Source of the DNA: Thraustochytrium aureum
Lineage: Eukaryota
Direction: 5' to 3'
Assembly (NCBI GenBank): GCA_012862495.1
Contig: BLSG01000370.1
Span: 1-33,524, forward strand
DNA length: 33,524 nucleotides
Within the stretch, counting starts at the first letter, position 1. Each line of letters begins with the position of its first letter. The notes below the pieces were generated by a model. That model did not search any database. It was not told where the DNA came from and saw nothing but the letters and a program-made list of their open reading frames with translations. Shown piece after piece: positions 17,238 to 29,200 of the stretch. A program made the translations under genes and the position numbers.

Positions 17238-18728
17238 TCACGTTAGCGACGCAGGCGCGCGGACAAAAAACAAGATGTAAGCGCTCTCCTCGGCCAGAGC
17301 CTGCGTAGGATACACACTCGAGTCGTCATAAGTGTACCAAGCGCCCGTTTTCGGCTCAAAGCAGTCGGCGGTGTAGTGGCCGTGGGCCCCTGAGTGGCCC
17401 AAGTGGTTGACGACGCCGCAAAGCTCGTACAGAAGCGGCTCGCTTTGGCCGCTGCTCGCTTGGTGCGCACTCGAGGCGCAAAATGGCCGCAGGTCGAGCG
17501 CCCCCGCTGGCATCGACACGGCGCCAGTCAGTTTGGTGAAGCTCGAGGGCGACGCGGCGCCCAAGCGGGCTTGCGAGCTACCCGCCGAGCCACTCTGCGG
17601 CCGCGCCCCGAACCTCTTCAGGTGCACGACAAGGACGTGCGGGCACCGATAAAGCGAGAGGCGCTTTGTCGAGTTGGTCTGCTCTTTGCACTGTGGGCAG
17701 TGGTACTGATTTTCGCCGTGCAGCGACTCTGGTTTGCTAAATAGGGCCAGGCAGTCCTCCAGAGTGCAGCTCTCCCTGGAGGTTTCGAGTGGAACGGGTA
17801 GCGAGAGGCTCCAAAAGGGGTCGAACGTAGAGCTCACAAACTGGCACCGCCGGCAGCGGACGCGTGAGCGAACCTGGCCCACAAACAGGTCCTTGATCTC
17901 AGAGACGTTGTTCTCTGAATAGTTGTCCCACCACATGCGCGCCAGCTCCTCGTCCGAAGCTCCTTTGACGTCCTTCATTTCGCGGTAGCGCGGAACGCTG
18001 ACGAGATTGAGCTCTTCGTGCATAGCGTCCAAGAGGAATACGAGAAACTCTTGCGCGTCGTGCTGCTGCCCGCCGATAAACTGCGGCGCGCACTTGCTCA
18101 TCAAGCGCTTGAGGAGCAAGGGCCGAAACGCGTTCGTGCCCTCCGAGTACCACTGACGCTGCACCATCTGCAAAAAGGCAGTCACAATATTGTGCTTTTG
18201 GTTGCCCGCTTTAGCAAATGGATGCTCGAGAATTACTTGCACAAGGGGGCCACAATGCTGCAGACACTGCAGCGTTGCGTTCATGAAACACGTGTTGCCA
18301 AGATTGGCCAGCCCTTGCCTGCCTCCGCTCCACTGCTCGTACAACTCCGGGGCCCACCCGCGCTGCACAGGTCGAGCCACAGCCTCCCAGCTCGGTGCCG
18401 TTTCGCGCCCTCCAGCGGTGCCCGTGGCAGTCCTATCATATGCTCTGCCGCCGTGCTCGAGTGCGTGCCCGCGGCCGTTGTATTGCTGAAACGAGCTGTG
18501 TGCGTGTGGAGCCTCGGGCAGCGAGTGCCGGTAGTAGGGTTCCTGATCGAGGTTAAAGGGGTCGTGCAGCGCCCTCTCGCCTATTTCTCCGTGGAAGGTG
18601 TTGCCGCGCAGCAGCGCGATGTCGCCTGGGCCGTGACTGCTTCGGGCCCCAGGCGTGCTTGCTATTGACTGCGACCCTGCACCGATAGCGCCCATCGGCT
18701 CTTCGTGATGCCCAGCGGCGCCATAAAG
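17238..18728 (-). CDS. Ubiquitin-specific protease (peptidase C19, USP2/USP21-like), 5' end in gap
   Basis: Cys box GLANLGNTCFMNATLQCL, QHDAQEFL, zinc-finger CRRC/CPQC, LVVHLKRF, His box VVNHLGHSGAHGHYTA, WYTYDDSSV and AYILFF. Confidence 0.94.
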   Translation of the reverse strand, partial: LYGAAGHHEEPMGAIGAGSQSIASTPGARSSHGPGDIALLRGNTFHGEIGERALHDPFNLDQEPYYRHSLPEAPHAHSSFQQYNGRGHALEHGGRAYDRTATGTAGGRETAPSWEAVARPVQRGWAPELYEQWSGGRQGLANLGNTCFMNATLQCLQHCGPLVQVILEHPFAKAGNQKHNIVTAFLQMVQRQWYSEGTNAFRPLLLKRLMSKCAPQFIGGQQHDAQEFLVFLLDAMHEELNLVSVPRYREMKDVKGASDEELARMWWDNYSENNVSEIKDLFVGQVRSRVRCRRCQFVSSTFDPFWSLSLPVPLETSRESCTLEDCLALFSKPESLHGENQYHCPQCKEQTNSTKRLSLYRCPHVLVVHLKRFGARPQSGSAGSSQARLGAASPSSFTKLTGAVSMPAGALDLRPFCASSAHQASSGQSEPLLYELCGVVNHLGHSGAHGHYTADCFEPKTGAWYTYDDSSVYPTQALAEESAYILFFVRAPASLT

Positions 18729-19705
18729 NNNNNNNNNNNNNNNNNNNNNNNNNNNNNNNNNNNNNNNNNNNNNNNNNNNNNNNNNNNNNNNNNNNNNNNN
18801 NNNNNNNNNNNNNNNNNNNNNNNNNNNNNNNNNNNNNNNNNNNNNNNNNNNNNNNNNNNNNNNNNNNNNNNNNNNNNNNNNNNNNNNNNNNNNNNNNNNN
18901 NNNNNNNNNNNNNNNNNNNNNNNNNNNNNNNNNNNNNNNNNNNNNNNNNNNNNNNNNNNNNNNNNNNNNNNNNNNNNNNNNNNNNNNNNNNNNNNNNNNN
19001 NNNNNNNNNNNNNNNNNNNNNNNNNNNNNNNNNNNNNNNNNNNNNNNNNNNNNNNNNNNNNNNNNNNNNNNNNNNNNNNNNNNNNNNNNNNNNNNNNNNN
19101 NNNNNNNNNNNNNNNNNNNNNNNNNNNNNNNNNNNNNNNNNNNNNNNNNNNNNNNNNNNNNNNNNNNNNNNNNNNNNNNNNNNNNNNNNNNNNNNNNNNN
19201 NNNNNNNNNNNNNNNNNNNNNNNNNNNNNNNNNNNNNNNNNNNNNNNNNNNNNNNNNNNNNNNNNNNNNNNNNNNNNNNNNNNNNNNNNNNNNNNNNNNN
19301 NNNNNNNNNNNNNNNNNNNNNNNNNNNNNNNNNNNNNNNNNNNNNNNNNNNNNNNNNNNNNNNNNNNNNNNNNNNNNNNNNNNNNNNNNNNNNNNNNNNN
19401 NNNNNNNNNNNNNNNNNNNNNNNNNNNNNNNNNNNNNNNNNNNNNNNNNNNNNNNNNNNNNNNNNNNNNNNNNNNNNNNNNNNNNNNNNNNNNNNNNNNN
19501 NNNNNNNNNNNNNNNNNNNNNNNNNNNNNNNNNNNNNNNNNNNNNNNNNNNNNNNNNNNNNNNNNNNNNNNNNNNNNNNNNNNNNNNNNNNNNNNNNNNN
19601 NNNNNNNNNNNNNNNNNNNNNNNNNNNNNNNNNNNNNNNNNNNNNNNNNNNNNNNNNNNNNNNNNNNNNNNNNNNNNNNNNNNNNNNNNNNNNNNNNNNN
19701 NNNNG

Positions 19706-21381
19706 ACCGTTGTCCTGCTGGTTCACATGATGCTGCTTTTTTGTGGACAGCCCGGCGCGGCATACGCCATGGTGCCTGGGCAGCTCGCGGGTGGCGCGGC
19801 ACGGCGCGACTCGAACGCGTATTTCTGCGGCGACTCTTTGGAAGAGAAGCGCAGCTTCGTGGTCAACCTCGTCAGGACAGGCCGGCTTCTGGCCGATCCC
19901 ACCGCGGGACCTGCAGTCACGAGCGCCATTCTTGCCATCGAGGACCCGATAGCGCTGGCAACGTTCAAGGCCGATTTAGATCACGCGCTTAGGGCCATCT
20001 GCGAGGGCGAGTCGCTCTACTCTCTTGTGTTCTCGCTCCTACAGCCAGACAGCAGGGGCGCGGTGCTTTCGCACATCCAAGCGCACCTCGCCAACGACGC
20101 GGCTCCTGCTCAAGCGCGACGCGTGCTGGTCGTTAGCGACATGGACGACACGCTCGTGTCGACCTTCAAGGACCGGCGGTTTCCGTGGAACACGATTTAC
20201 CCTGGCGTCCGCAAGTTTTATCACGAGCTCATTTGCTCCCAGGGTGCCGCAGGCTCTGTAGCCCCGCATGACTGGGCTCGAGCCAAGGACCAGGTCACTT
20301 TCGTCACGGCCCGCCCGAGCTGGCTAAACGGGTGGACGCACCGCGAGCTGCAGCGCCACGGGTTTGAGACATCTGTAGCCCTGACAGGGTCCTCTGTTAG
20401 TTTCATCACGCCTGCGACCATGCTTGCACGAAAACTTCGCCAGTGCCGAGAGATGCGCAGTCTGTGGCCCGAGGCGAAAATGGTCCTCGTGGGCGACAAC
20501 GGCCAGCGCGACATCGACCTCGGACGCGAGCTGCTTGCCCAAGGCCTGGTCGAGGCTGTGTTCATCCACGACATCTTCGAACCGCTTTCGTACGGTCGGC
20601 CCGAGATCGTCCACGTCCGAGTCGACGGAGCTAGGCACGCGCCCGCGCTCGGAACACACGTCCAAGATGCAGCGCCGAATCGCGCCGAATTCGAGTGGAC
20701 GGACAAGCCGTCCAGTCGATTGAACGCGCTCGCGAGCGACGCGGCACGAAGCCTCGCACTTGAGGACCCGTTCAGCGCAGACCCGATCGGCGAGGCGCGC
20801 CACCTCGCCTCTGGGGTATCTTCAAATCGGTTCGTTCGCCACCACTCTGCTGGTGACATCGACCCGGCGCGCTCAACTGTCCCNNNNNNNNNNNNNNNNN
20901 NNNNNNNNNNNNNNNNNNNNNNNNNNNNNNNNNNNNNNNNNNNNNNNNNNNNNNNNNNNNNNNNNNNNNNNNNNNNNNNNNNNNNNNNNNNNNNNNNNNN
21001 NNNNNNNNNNNNNNNNNNNNNNNNNNNNNNNNNNNNNNNNNNNNNNNNNNNNNNNNNNNNNNNNNNNNNNNNNNNNNNNNNNNNNNNNNNNNNNNNNNNN
21101 NNNNNNNNNNNNNNNNNNNNNNNNNNNNNNNNNNNNNNNNNNNNNNNCGCTGGAAGCCTGTGCGCCTTGGCTTGCTTGACGTCCGCTCTTTGCTTGCTGT
21201 TGCGGTTGCCAGCGCGGAGGATTTCGTGGCACTCGACTTTGCAACCGCCGTGCAGCTTCAGCGTCAGAAGGACGTCTTTTTGCGCGATGTCGCGCGTGTT
21301 GCGCACTTTATTGCGGACCACAGGGAGCGGATTGCGTTTCTGGCGGCCGTGCACGGCCATTTGGAAAAGGCCCAGCTGTGA
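19706..21381 (+). CDS. HAD-superfamily phosphatase, App1/DUF2183 (phosphatidate phosphatase)-like; 5' end and an internal part in gaps
   Basis: Motif I VVSDMDDTL, YPGVRKFY, motif II FVTARP, a conserved Lys (ARKL) and LVGDNGQRD...VFIHDI. The probable C-terminus after the gap is RLGLLDVRSLLAVA...EKAQL* (21381). Confidence 0.75.
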
Positions 21382-21870
21382 TGTGAATTTGAGTGGTGTT
21401 GTGCTTTAGTAAGTGGGTGCTCCTGAAAACCTGATTTTTGGTATTGTTCCAGCACTCGCTCACTGGCTTGGTCGGTCTCGCGGTTTTCGCTCATAAAACC
21501 ACAGCCGTTCTGCCGTTTGGCACAGTTCCGCCGCTGGTGAGTCGATGTAGGTACCGTGACACTCTTGCTATAGAGTTCTCGAGTCTCGAGTACAGTGGCC
21601 AATTGCAGAGTAGAGTAATTTTGTTTTATCCTGCACGACGCCGGCTCGCAGGTCTCACAAACCGTTCGCTGTCGTCCAGGATCAAGGCCTCGCGCGCAAC
21701 AGCAGCCAAGCACGCTGGTGCAAGATCGGCTGACTGCGCCGAGGCAACGAACACGTGAAGCGACCGCGCGAGGAGCGCCTTGACTGGCGCAAAGGCGCAC
21801 AGCGAAGCGCGCGACGGATCCCTACGCTCGCATTCCCAACCCATCGTTGGTCATTGCCTTTTCCTTCATG

Positions 21871-24009
21871 TCACACTGCGATGTTTTCAACCTCCTCGGG
21901 GTCTTCGACCTTCCTCCGGTCTCGCTTGGCGCGTTTCTTGGCTCGCGAGCCGTCGGCCGCACCCCCTTTTGTGGCAGCAGAGTCGAGGGCCGGGGCAAGC
22001 CCGCCGCCCAGTTTTTCATTGGCGAGAACAGTGTCGAGCAGGCGCACGCAGAGCTGCGAGTCGTTGTCTTCGTGCACGAGCTCCACGTTGCCGTTGTTTG
22101 CTAGCTGCAGGGAAGCGAGGAAGACGCGGCAGACCTCAAACTGGTCGAGCGGCCGCTGCTCGTCTGCCGATGATGCGCCCAGCATACCCTCGCTGGCTTC
22201 TGGCTCGTCCTCTCCGTCGCTCTCTGCCAAATTCCCCTCTGCGTCCATGCGCTCATGTCCAGACGAAGTCCGCAGGGAGGCAAGGCGCGCGCTCAGTTCC
22301 TCGAACGAGATCGTGCCCTTTGGCAAGTCCACGGTGGACTCCTCGTCGCCGTCCTCTGCCGCAGCAGAAAGGCCCCCAAGAATGCGGCTTCCGTAGACGT
22401 GGATGTCGAACGGCGGGCGACGCGTTTGCTCTGCTAGAAACGGCTCAATGCGCTCCTCCCATTTGCGGACGCGAGCGTGCAGCCGGGATTCGGTTGCCCA
22501 TTGGTTCGCGCTCTCCAGATACTGCTGAAGGTGGGCGCGCACCATGTCGACGTACGTATCGGGGGCCTCGCGGAACGCCGCTTCGCTCAAGTTTATCCGG
22601 CGGTCGCCCAGGTCAGCGTCTTCGCCGTCAGAGCCGGCGCCAGCAAAGTCGCCGCCGTCGTAGTAGAATTCTTCGTCCGCGTCACTCTCGGCGTCGTCTG
22701 CGCCGGCCGCGACCTGAGCCGCAATGCGCTCTTCTGCGTCCTCTGCGTCCTCGAGCCAGCGCTCTTCCTCGTCGAGGCCACCGCTGGCGCCGGCGGGCTG
22801 CCGGAGGAGCCTCGCCTTCTTGCGCTCCACTGCCTTGAGCTTGCGGGCGCGCCGACGCCGCTCCGCAGCATACGCGCGAAATTCGGGATAGAGAACGACG
22901 CCTGCGCGGGCCGGGAGCTTGGCTGCGATGCTTGGCACGACAGCAACGGACACGACAAGGTTGCTCCCGTGCAGCTCCCGCGCAGCAGCAGCGCGACTCG
23001 CAGGGTCACTCTTGAGCGCCTTCGGGACCTGCCAGGTTTTCGCTCGCCGAAGCGGGTCGGCGAGACGCGGATCGCCATGCTCGTGCGGGTCCAGGCGGGC
23101 CCACGGATCGGTGCTGTCCTCGCCTTCCACCGACGAGTCGTCCTGGTCGTCTTGCGCCTTGGCGCGAGTGAGCGGAGCCGTCTGGCCGCGCTCGGCACCG
23201 TGGCGCTCTGCGTGTTCGTCCCCGTCCGCCTCGGTGCGACTCGGAGAGTCGAAGAGCTGCAAGCCTTCGTTATGGTCTCCAACGCTCCCCGTTGAGCCAT
23301 CGTCCCCAAAGAGGAGCTCCTCGTCTTGCTCGCTCCGCTCGCTCGCGGCGTCTCCATCGAAGCGAACGTCTTTCGCGCGAGAGGGGCTTCCACCCCGAGC
23401 GGAAGACAGAAGCTCGCGCTGGCGCCGCGTGTCGAGCCGCTCGAGCATGAAAGCGCCCGAGGCATCGATGTCGCAGCTCGTCATCTTGAACGCGCCGCTG
23501 GTTTCTGTGGTCGTGGCTCGCCCGGCAACTAGAGCGAAGGGGATGCGCTCGCGAAGCCCTTGCGTGTCTTCGAGCGTCTCGTGCTTGAGCGAAATGTTTT
23601 TGCCGACTGGGATGACGTCATCGAGCAGCAGAAACAGCTCCTTCTTCTCCTCGGCCGCGCCCGCGAGTGCGCTGGTGCTCTTGCGGCGATTTTTTCGGGG
23701 GTCCTGGGCGGCGCCGCTGGCCCCCGCTTCGGGCTTGCCGTCGCAAATGCGGTCGAGCACGGCGAACACGAGTTGGTACAAGTACTCTACCTTTTTGCTG
23801 TACACCAGCGCGGAACCCTGTATCACCAGCGCGGCCTCGGCAAAGTTGAGGTTCCCGTCAGCGCCTTCGAAGTTGATGCGTATGTCGTCCAGCTCCTCAA
23901 TGTACTCTGTGAGCTCAGCCGCAATGTCGATGTTCCAGTTGGCCGCCAGCTCTCGAATCGGTTTGAGCAGGTGCAGGAACCTGCTCTCCTCTACGCCATC
24001 AAGCTCCAT
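21871..24009 (-). CDS. NCAPH2: Condensin II kleisin subunit CAP-H2
   Basis: N-terminal RFLHLLKPIRELAANWNIDIAAELTEYIEEL...LNFAEAALVIQGSALVYSKKVEYLY; middle DPWARLDPH; C-terminal RVRKWEERIEPFL, FDIHVYG and EVCRVFLASLQLANNGNVEL. Confidence 0.95.
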   Translation of the reverse strand: MELDGVEESRFLHLLKPIRELAANWNIDIAAELTEYIEELDDIRINFEGADGNLNFAEAALVIQGSALVYSKKVEYLYQLVFAVLDRICDGKPEAGASGAAQDPRKNRRKSTSALAGAAEEKKELFLLLDDVIPVGKNISLKHETLEDTQGLRERIPFALVAGRATTTETSGAFKMTSCDIDASGAFMLERLDTRRQRELLSSARGGSPSRAKDVRFDGDAASERSEQDEELLFGDDGSTGSVGDHNEGLQLFDSPSRTEADGDEHAERHGAERGQTAPLTRAKAQDDQDDSSVEGEDSTDPWARLDPHEHGDPRLADPLRRAKTWQVPKALKSDPASRAAAARELHGSNLVVSVAVVPSIAAKLPARAGVVLYPEFRAYAAERRRRARKLKAVERKKARLLRQPAGASGGLDEEERWLEDAEDAEERIAAQVAAGADDAESDADEEFYYDGGDFAGAGSDGEDADLGDRRINLSEAAFREAPDTYVDMVRAHLQQYLESANQWATESRLHARVRKWEERIEPFLAEQTRRPPFDIHVYGSRILGGLSAAAEDGDEESTVDLPKGTISFEELSARLASLRTSSGHERMDAEGNLAESDGEDEPEASEGMLGASSADEQRPLDQFEVCRVFLASLQLANNGNVELVHEDNDSQLCVRLLDTVLANEKLGGGLAPALDSAATKGGAADGSRAKKRAKRDRRKVEDPEEVENIAV

Positions 24010-24790
24010 CGTTCAAGCCCGGCTGCCGCGCCGCGCCGCCTTTGCCCCGGCCTCCTTCGCTGCGTCCCCGACTGCTGCCCGCCGCGCGCTGCGTGACTGC
24101 CCTCGCACAGACTGCAGCCAGGCAGCCACGGCACTCTGCCCAGGTACTCTACTCTGCCTACTCTGCCTNNNNNNNNNNNNNNNNNNNNNNNNNNNNNNNN
24201 NNNNNNNNNNNNNNNNNNNNNNNNNNNNNNNNNNNNNNNNNNNNNNNNNNNNNNNNNNNNNNNNNNNNNNNNNNNNNNNNNNNNNNNNNNNNNNNNNNNN
24301 NNNNNNNNNNNNNNNNNNNNNNNNNNNNNNNNNNNNNNNNNNNNNNNNNNNNNNNNNNNNNNNNNNNNNNNNNNNNNNNNNNNNNNNNNNNNNNNNNNNN
24401 NNNNNNNNNNNNNNNNNNNNNNNNNNNNNNNNNNNNNNNNNNNNNNNNNNNNNNNNNNNNNNNNNNNNNNNNNNNNNNNNNNNNNNNNNNNNNNNNNNNN
24501 NNNNNGAACTGATCTGCGACGCGCGGGCTCCCCGCTCTGCGATGCACGTCTTTCGCTCTTTCTTTCTGTTCCGAACTGCTCATGAGCTGTTCTGTTCTGA
24601 AGGAACACCAGCGCGTGGGTGTGTACCTAGGTGGTGTGCGCTGGTTCGCGTGTTTCGCTCAATGGCTGACGGCGAGGTGCGCGCGTGTTTCGCACCGCGA
24701 GCATTAGTAAGGTGATGGTCGGAATCGGCGGCGAGAGCGAGCGACGGCCCGGCAGACCCGATCGAACAGAGGCTGCTGGAGGGCGCGCAC

Positions 24791-24832
24791 GGGCTGTCAG
24801 CAGCGGGCTGTCAGCAGCGGGCTGTCAGCAGC
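24791..24832. repeat. Short tandem repeat, 3 x GGGCTGTCAGCAGC, just upstream of the thioesterase ATG
   Basis: Read directly; 14 bp unit. Confidence 0.85.
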
Positions 24833-24867
24833 GAGCTTGGAGCGGAGAGCCGCGGCGCCCGATAAGG

Positions 24868-25944
24868 ATGGCGGCCGACAAGGCCGAGGACAGATGGCAG
24901 CAGCTCGTCGGCGACGACGAGGCGGACAAAGACGTTGGCGCCTCGGCCGCCGGAGAAGATGAGAACGGAGAGGCGCTGCCGCGCGTTGGCGAACCTGGCG
25001 CACCGCCAATGGAGTTCACGCCAATCGTGCTGGAGAAGCTGGACGAGTTTTTGTTCAGGGGCCAGAAGAAGGCGCTGTGGAGGCCGCGAGGGCAGAAAGG
25101 CGTGTACGGCGGCCAAGTGCTGTCGCAGAGCCTCTCTGCGGCGCTGCAAAGCGTGTCCCCCGACAAGGTGCTCCACAGCATGCATTCCTACTTTTTGCGC
25201 GCCGGCAAGGAGACGATGGACGTGATTTACACCGTGGCCGCATTGCGCGACGGGAAATCTTTCTCAACCCGCATGGTAACGGCCCAGCAGGCCGGCCAGC
25301 CCATCTTTGTGCTGATTGCCTCGTTCAACGTCACTGCCCTGAGCTCGCTTTCGCAGCAGCACAGCATGCCGGTCGTGCCGAACCCGGAGAACGTCCCTAG
25401 CGAAAAGGAGTTTTACCTTCGGCTCATGGAGGACCCGCGCTGCCCTCCCATGTACAAAAAGCTGCTCAAGTCCCGTGCGCTGCAAAAGTCGGTTATCGAT
25501 GTGCGCCGAGTCCTTACGCACGACTTCTTTGCTGGCATCGACTACCCCGAGGGCTTCACGCCGCCGCCATACCCCGAGTACACCACAAAGTTCAAGCAGA
25601 TCTTGTGGATGCGGACGAACCGGCGGCTCCCGGACGACGAGAACGTGCACCGCGCAGTCCTCGCCTACGCGTCCGACATCGGTCTCCTCTCCACCGCGAA
25701 GGGAGTCACTCCGATCCACGACATCGGCATGGTGGCCTCCCTTGACCACTCGATGTGGTTCCACTCGTCGTTCCGCATGGACGAGTGGATGCTCTACGTG
25801 ATGGAGTCCCCACGAGCGCACAACCAGCGAGGGCTCGCATTTGGGGAGATCTTCCGCCAGGACGGCACGTTGGCGGTTACTGTGAGCCAGGAGGGACTCA
25901 TTCGGCTGCAGAGCGACAAGAACCTTGTCACCCCCAAACTCTGA
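24868..25944 (+). CDS. ACOT8: Acyl-CoA thioesterase II (TesB/ACOT8, double hot-dog fold), probably peroxisomal
   Basis: VYGGQVLSQSL, LHSMHSYFLRAG, LRDGKSFSTR, LAYASD, ASLDHSMWFH, RGLAFG and VSQEGLIR. The protein ends in -PKL. Confidence 0.93.
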   Translation: MAADKAEDRWQQLVGDDEADKDVGASAAGEDENGEALPRVGEPGAPPMEFTPIVLEKLDEFLFRGQKKALWRPRGQKGVYGGQVLSQSLSAALQSVSPDKVLHSMHSYFLRAGKETMDVIYTVAALRDGKSFSTRMVTAQQAGQPIFVLIASFNVTALSSLSQQHSMPVVPNPENVPSEKEFYLRLMEDPRCPPMYKKLLKSRALQKSVIDVRRVLTHDFFAGIDYPEGFTPPPYPEYTTKFKQILWMRTNRRLPDDENVHRAVLAYASDIGLLSTAKGVTPIHDIGMVASLDHSMWFHSSFRMDEWMLYVMESPRAHNQRGLAFGEIFRQDGTLAVTVSQEGLIRLQSDKNLVTPKL

Positions 25945-26268
25945 AAAAGAACAGCGCCGTCAGCAGCAAAGTAGTAGAGTAGCAACGACGACGGCTGCGT
26001 CAGCATTGCAGCGCGATCTTGACTCAGTTTCTCGTTTCTTGCAATCTCTTTCAGAAGTTCAGAACAGCTGAACCTGCTTGCTGTGACGAGAGAAGGGGCG
26101 AGCTCTTGTAGCATGCCAGCGTCGAGCAGGGTCGGAACGAATCGGTCCGAGTCATTCAACCCATCGGCACTAAGTAGCTAGGTAGGCCTATTGCTTGCTT
26201 GCACAAGGCATACATTCATACGTACTCTACGTACTCAGTTCCCGGGAGGCTCGCTGCGGCCGCCTCTT

Positions 26269-29200
26269 TCACAGCGCGGCGGTGACGCTAGCATCGCCCG
26301 CCTCGCAAACGTCGTCCCCCTCTTCGTCAAGAACCTCATGGTCAGTCGTCTTGTCTGCCTCCGCGTCAGTGGGTTGCTCAGCGCTAAGCCCTTCCTCCTC
26401 GATGTGCGCGCGGTCGTGGGTTGCCTCGGTCTCTGTCGGGGCCTCCTCCAGACTCTCCGAGTCTGAGCTGGCGTCGTCCTGCGCAGGGGAACCGCCTCCG
26501 AGATGTTCCGCAGAGCCTTGCCCATTCGCGTCCTCTTGCGCGTTGCCAGACAAGGTTGGCTCGGCTTGGTCGCGCGAGGGGGAATCGTCGTCGCTCTCCA
26601 ATGCGGCACCGTCCTGCTCATCGGCGCTGTCCTCGCCGTCCGTACCGCTGACTTGGCCTTCAGCTGCACTAGGATCTGGCTCGGGAACGGCGTGCTTTGG
26701 ACTTGCACGAGCGCCGGCTGCGGCGGCGGCCGCAAGCCGGGTTTTCAGATTTTGGAGCGTCTCGTCGAGCTCAGCGGCGATCTCGAACTCTTCAGCCNNN
26801 NNNNNNNNNNNNNNNNNNNNNNNNNNNNNNNNNNNNNNNNNNNNNNNNNNNNNNNNNNNNNNNNNNNNNNNNNNNNNNNNNNNNNNNNNNNNNNNNNNNN
26901 NNNNNNNNNNNNNNNNNNNNNNNNNNNNNNNNNNNNNNNNNNNNNNNNNNNNNNNNNNNNNNNNNNNNNNNNNNNNNNNNNNNNNNNNNNNNNNNNNNNN
27001 NNNNNNNNNNNNNNNNNNNNNNNNNNNNNNNNNNNNNNNNNNNNNNNNNNNNNNNNNNNNNNNNNNNNNNNNNNNNNNNNNNNNNNNNCTTGCTCGGCGT
27101 CCTTGGGCGCAAACTGCGCGTCCGGTCCAACGTGGTCTGCATCGCTGTCCGACGCCGGCAACTCCGCGAGATGTTCGTCGCCACAAATCTTCACGGATAC
27201 TGCTTTGGCCTGGGCCGTGCAGGCGTCGAGTTCTGTCTGCAATAGAAAGAGCACGGCGGCGCCAAACGTTCCCGGTTCCGTCGAGCCTGATCCCCGGACC
27301 TGCCCGGCGCGCTGCAGAAGCGTGAGACGCTTGTGGGTCAGGTCGGCCAACAGCGCCTCGTTGACTCCGTCTTGCAATTCCTTGAGGCGGGCCTGAGCCG
27401 ACTCGTGCGCGGCCTGCTTTGCTGCAATACTGTCCATGAGGTCGGCGAGTTTGGCCCGGAGCTCCTCGAGCCGCCTTTCCACGTGCGCCTTCTCCGTAGA
27501 GACCTCCTTGATGGCCGCGGCAACGCGCCCTGCTTCTTTAAAGTTCCTCGTGGACACGGCAAGCTTCTTCTGGTCCTCGAGGGCCGGCAGCTTGGTGTCC
27601 ACCTCAAAGAGCTTGCGGCCTTCCTCCGCGACTTGGAGCTCAACGTCCTGCGCTTGACGCTGCAAGAAGCCCGCGCTCTGCGTGTTGACCTCGATCTCGT
27701 CCGCCAGCTTGGCGATCTCAGCCTGTGCAGCAGCGGCGCTCGACCCGGCCTCGGGCGCGCCGCCGGCATCGCCAGCCTTGCCCTTCCGCGACGCGCTCTC
27801 CTGACGGAGTTGGGTCGCAATCGCGCTCAGGATACCGAGCTGCGACGCGATCTCCTTGGCTGCAACCTCCATTTGCGCAGCGGTCGCGGACACGCGCTGG
27901 CCACGCTCCACGAGCGCGGACCGCGCGTCCAAGATTTCCTGCGTTCGGCGCTGGGCAGCTTGCTGCTTTTCGTCGACGGCGGCGCGCCGCGTCTCCAGCT
28001 CGTGCAGCCGAGACTCGTACTTTGAGCGTACCGTCTGAATCCCCGCGTTGACCTGCGCGAGGCTCGAGTCCAGCTCCTCGCGCTCGGCCTGCTTGGCCGC
28101 AAGAAGCCGCTCGAGCTCGGCGATTTCCTCGTCGACGGCCGCTATTTTCTCTTGCCAGGCCTCTCGCTGTTCACGCAGCTCGACGGTGCCCCGGTCTACC
28201 TTGGCGTTGATTTGGCCGAGCTCGCTCTCAACAACCTGCAGGTCGGTGCTGATCCCCTCGAGCTCGATCCGCAGCAAGTCATCCTCCTCGTCAAGCCGGG
28301 CCTGCTCAAGGTCGATTTCTCGCTTAGTTCGCTCGCTGTAGTCCTGGGCGCGCTCGGTCTCGGCGGTGCTGCAGTCCCCGAGCAGCTCCGTGATGATCTC
28401 GATCGAGTTGAGCTGGTCCTCGTACACCTTGTCCTTGGCGAGGACAAGCTGCTCGCGCTCACGCTGCAGGACTAGCCTCCTGCTGTCCACCTCGCCAACG
28501 CTGCGATTGACCGCATCGATGGTCCGCTGCAACCTGTCCGCCTTGTCAAAGTCCTCCGCTTCGAGGGCGGCATTCTGCTCCTCCTCAAAGCTGGCGATAC
28601 GCGCAGCCAATGAGGAGGCCTCCTCGTCGTTTCTGGCCAGGCTTGCCTCGTTCTCGTCCACGGCTCGGTTCACGCGTGCCAGCTCAACAGCAAACTTGTC
28701 TGCTGCGCCGCGGAACTTTGTCAGCAGAGCCGCCAGCTCCCCGTCGTCAGGGATCGGTGAACTCGCAGCAGCGCTGGCCGCCGACGCCGAAGGCAAACTC
28801 GACTGCACGCCTTCAAGTGGGCGAGGCGCACTCTCTTCTTCCTCCTCCGCACCGGCATCGTCGCGAGGAGCCTTGCCACTCCCGGATTCAGCCGCGCCAG
28901 TGCTTTGCGGCGCCTTGCTCTCGCGCGTTGGGGATTCCTCCGCGGGCCGAAGGAAGGAAAAGCTGGTGGACACAAGGCGCGCAGGCGCGTCGTCGTCGGG
29001 AACCAGGTTCCCCACAGCAAGCCCCAACCGGGCTGCCTCGGGGCCCACGTCTTCGTTAGTATCGCCCGCCCTGGCTGGTTGAGTCTGCTCGGCGCTTTCG
29101 TCTTTTGGTTGGAGCTCGTGCGTGGGTGCGTCCCGGGCCTGGTCATCTTCGCGCGGCCCCGCTTCGTCCGTTTCGGTGCGTGGAACACCGCCGTCTTCGC

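Noticed and set aside
22919..24715. Long antisense ORFs (598 aa here; also 9028-10125, 3732-4736, 5258-6352, 32111-33175)
   Set aside because: Shadow frames opposite real genes, expected with GC-rich codon bias. They carry no recognisable motifs.
24685..24867. N-terminal extensions given by the ORF track (also 7308-7523, 9723-10142, 15350-15688)
   Set aside because: They start at GTG/TTG or are low-complexity with no homology. Downstream ATGs match the family N-termini or signal peptide.
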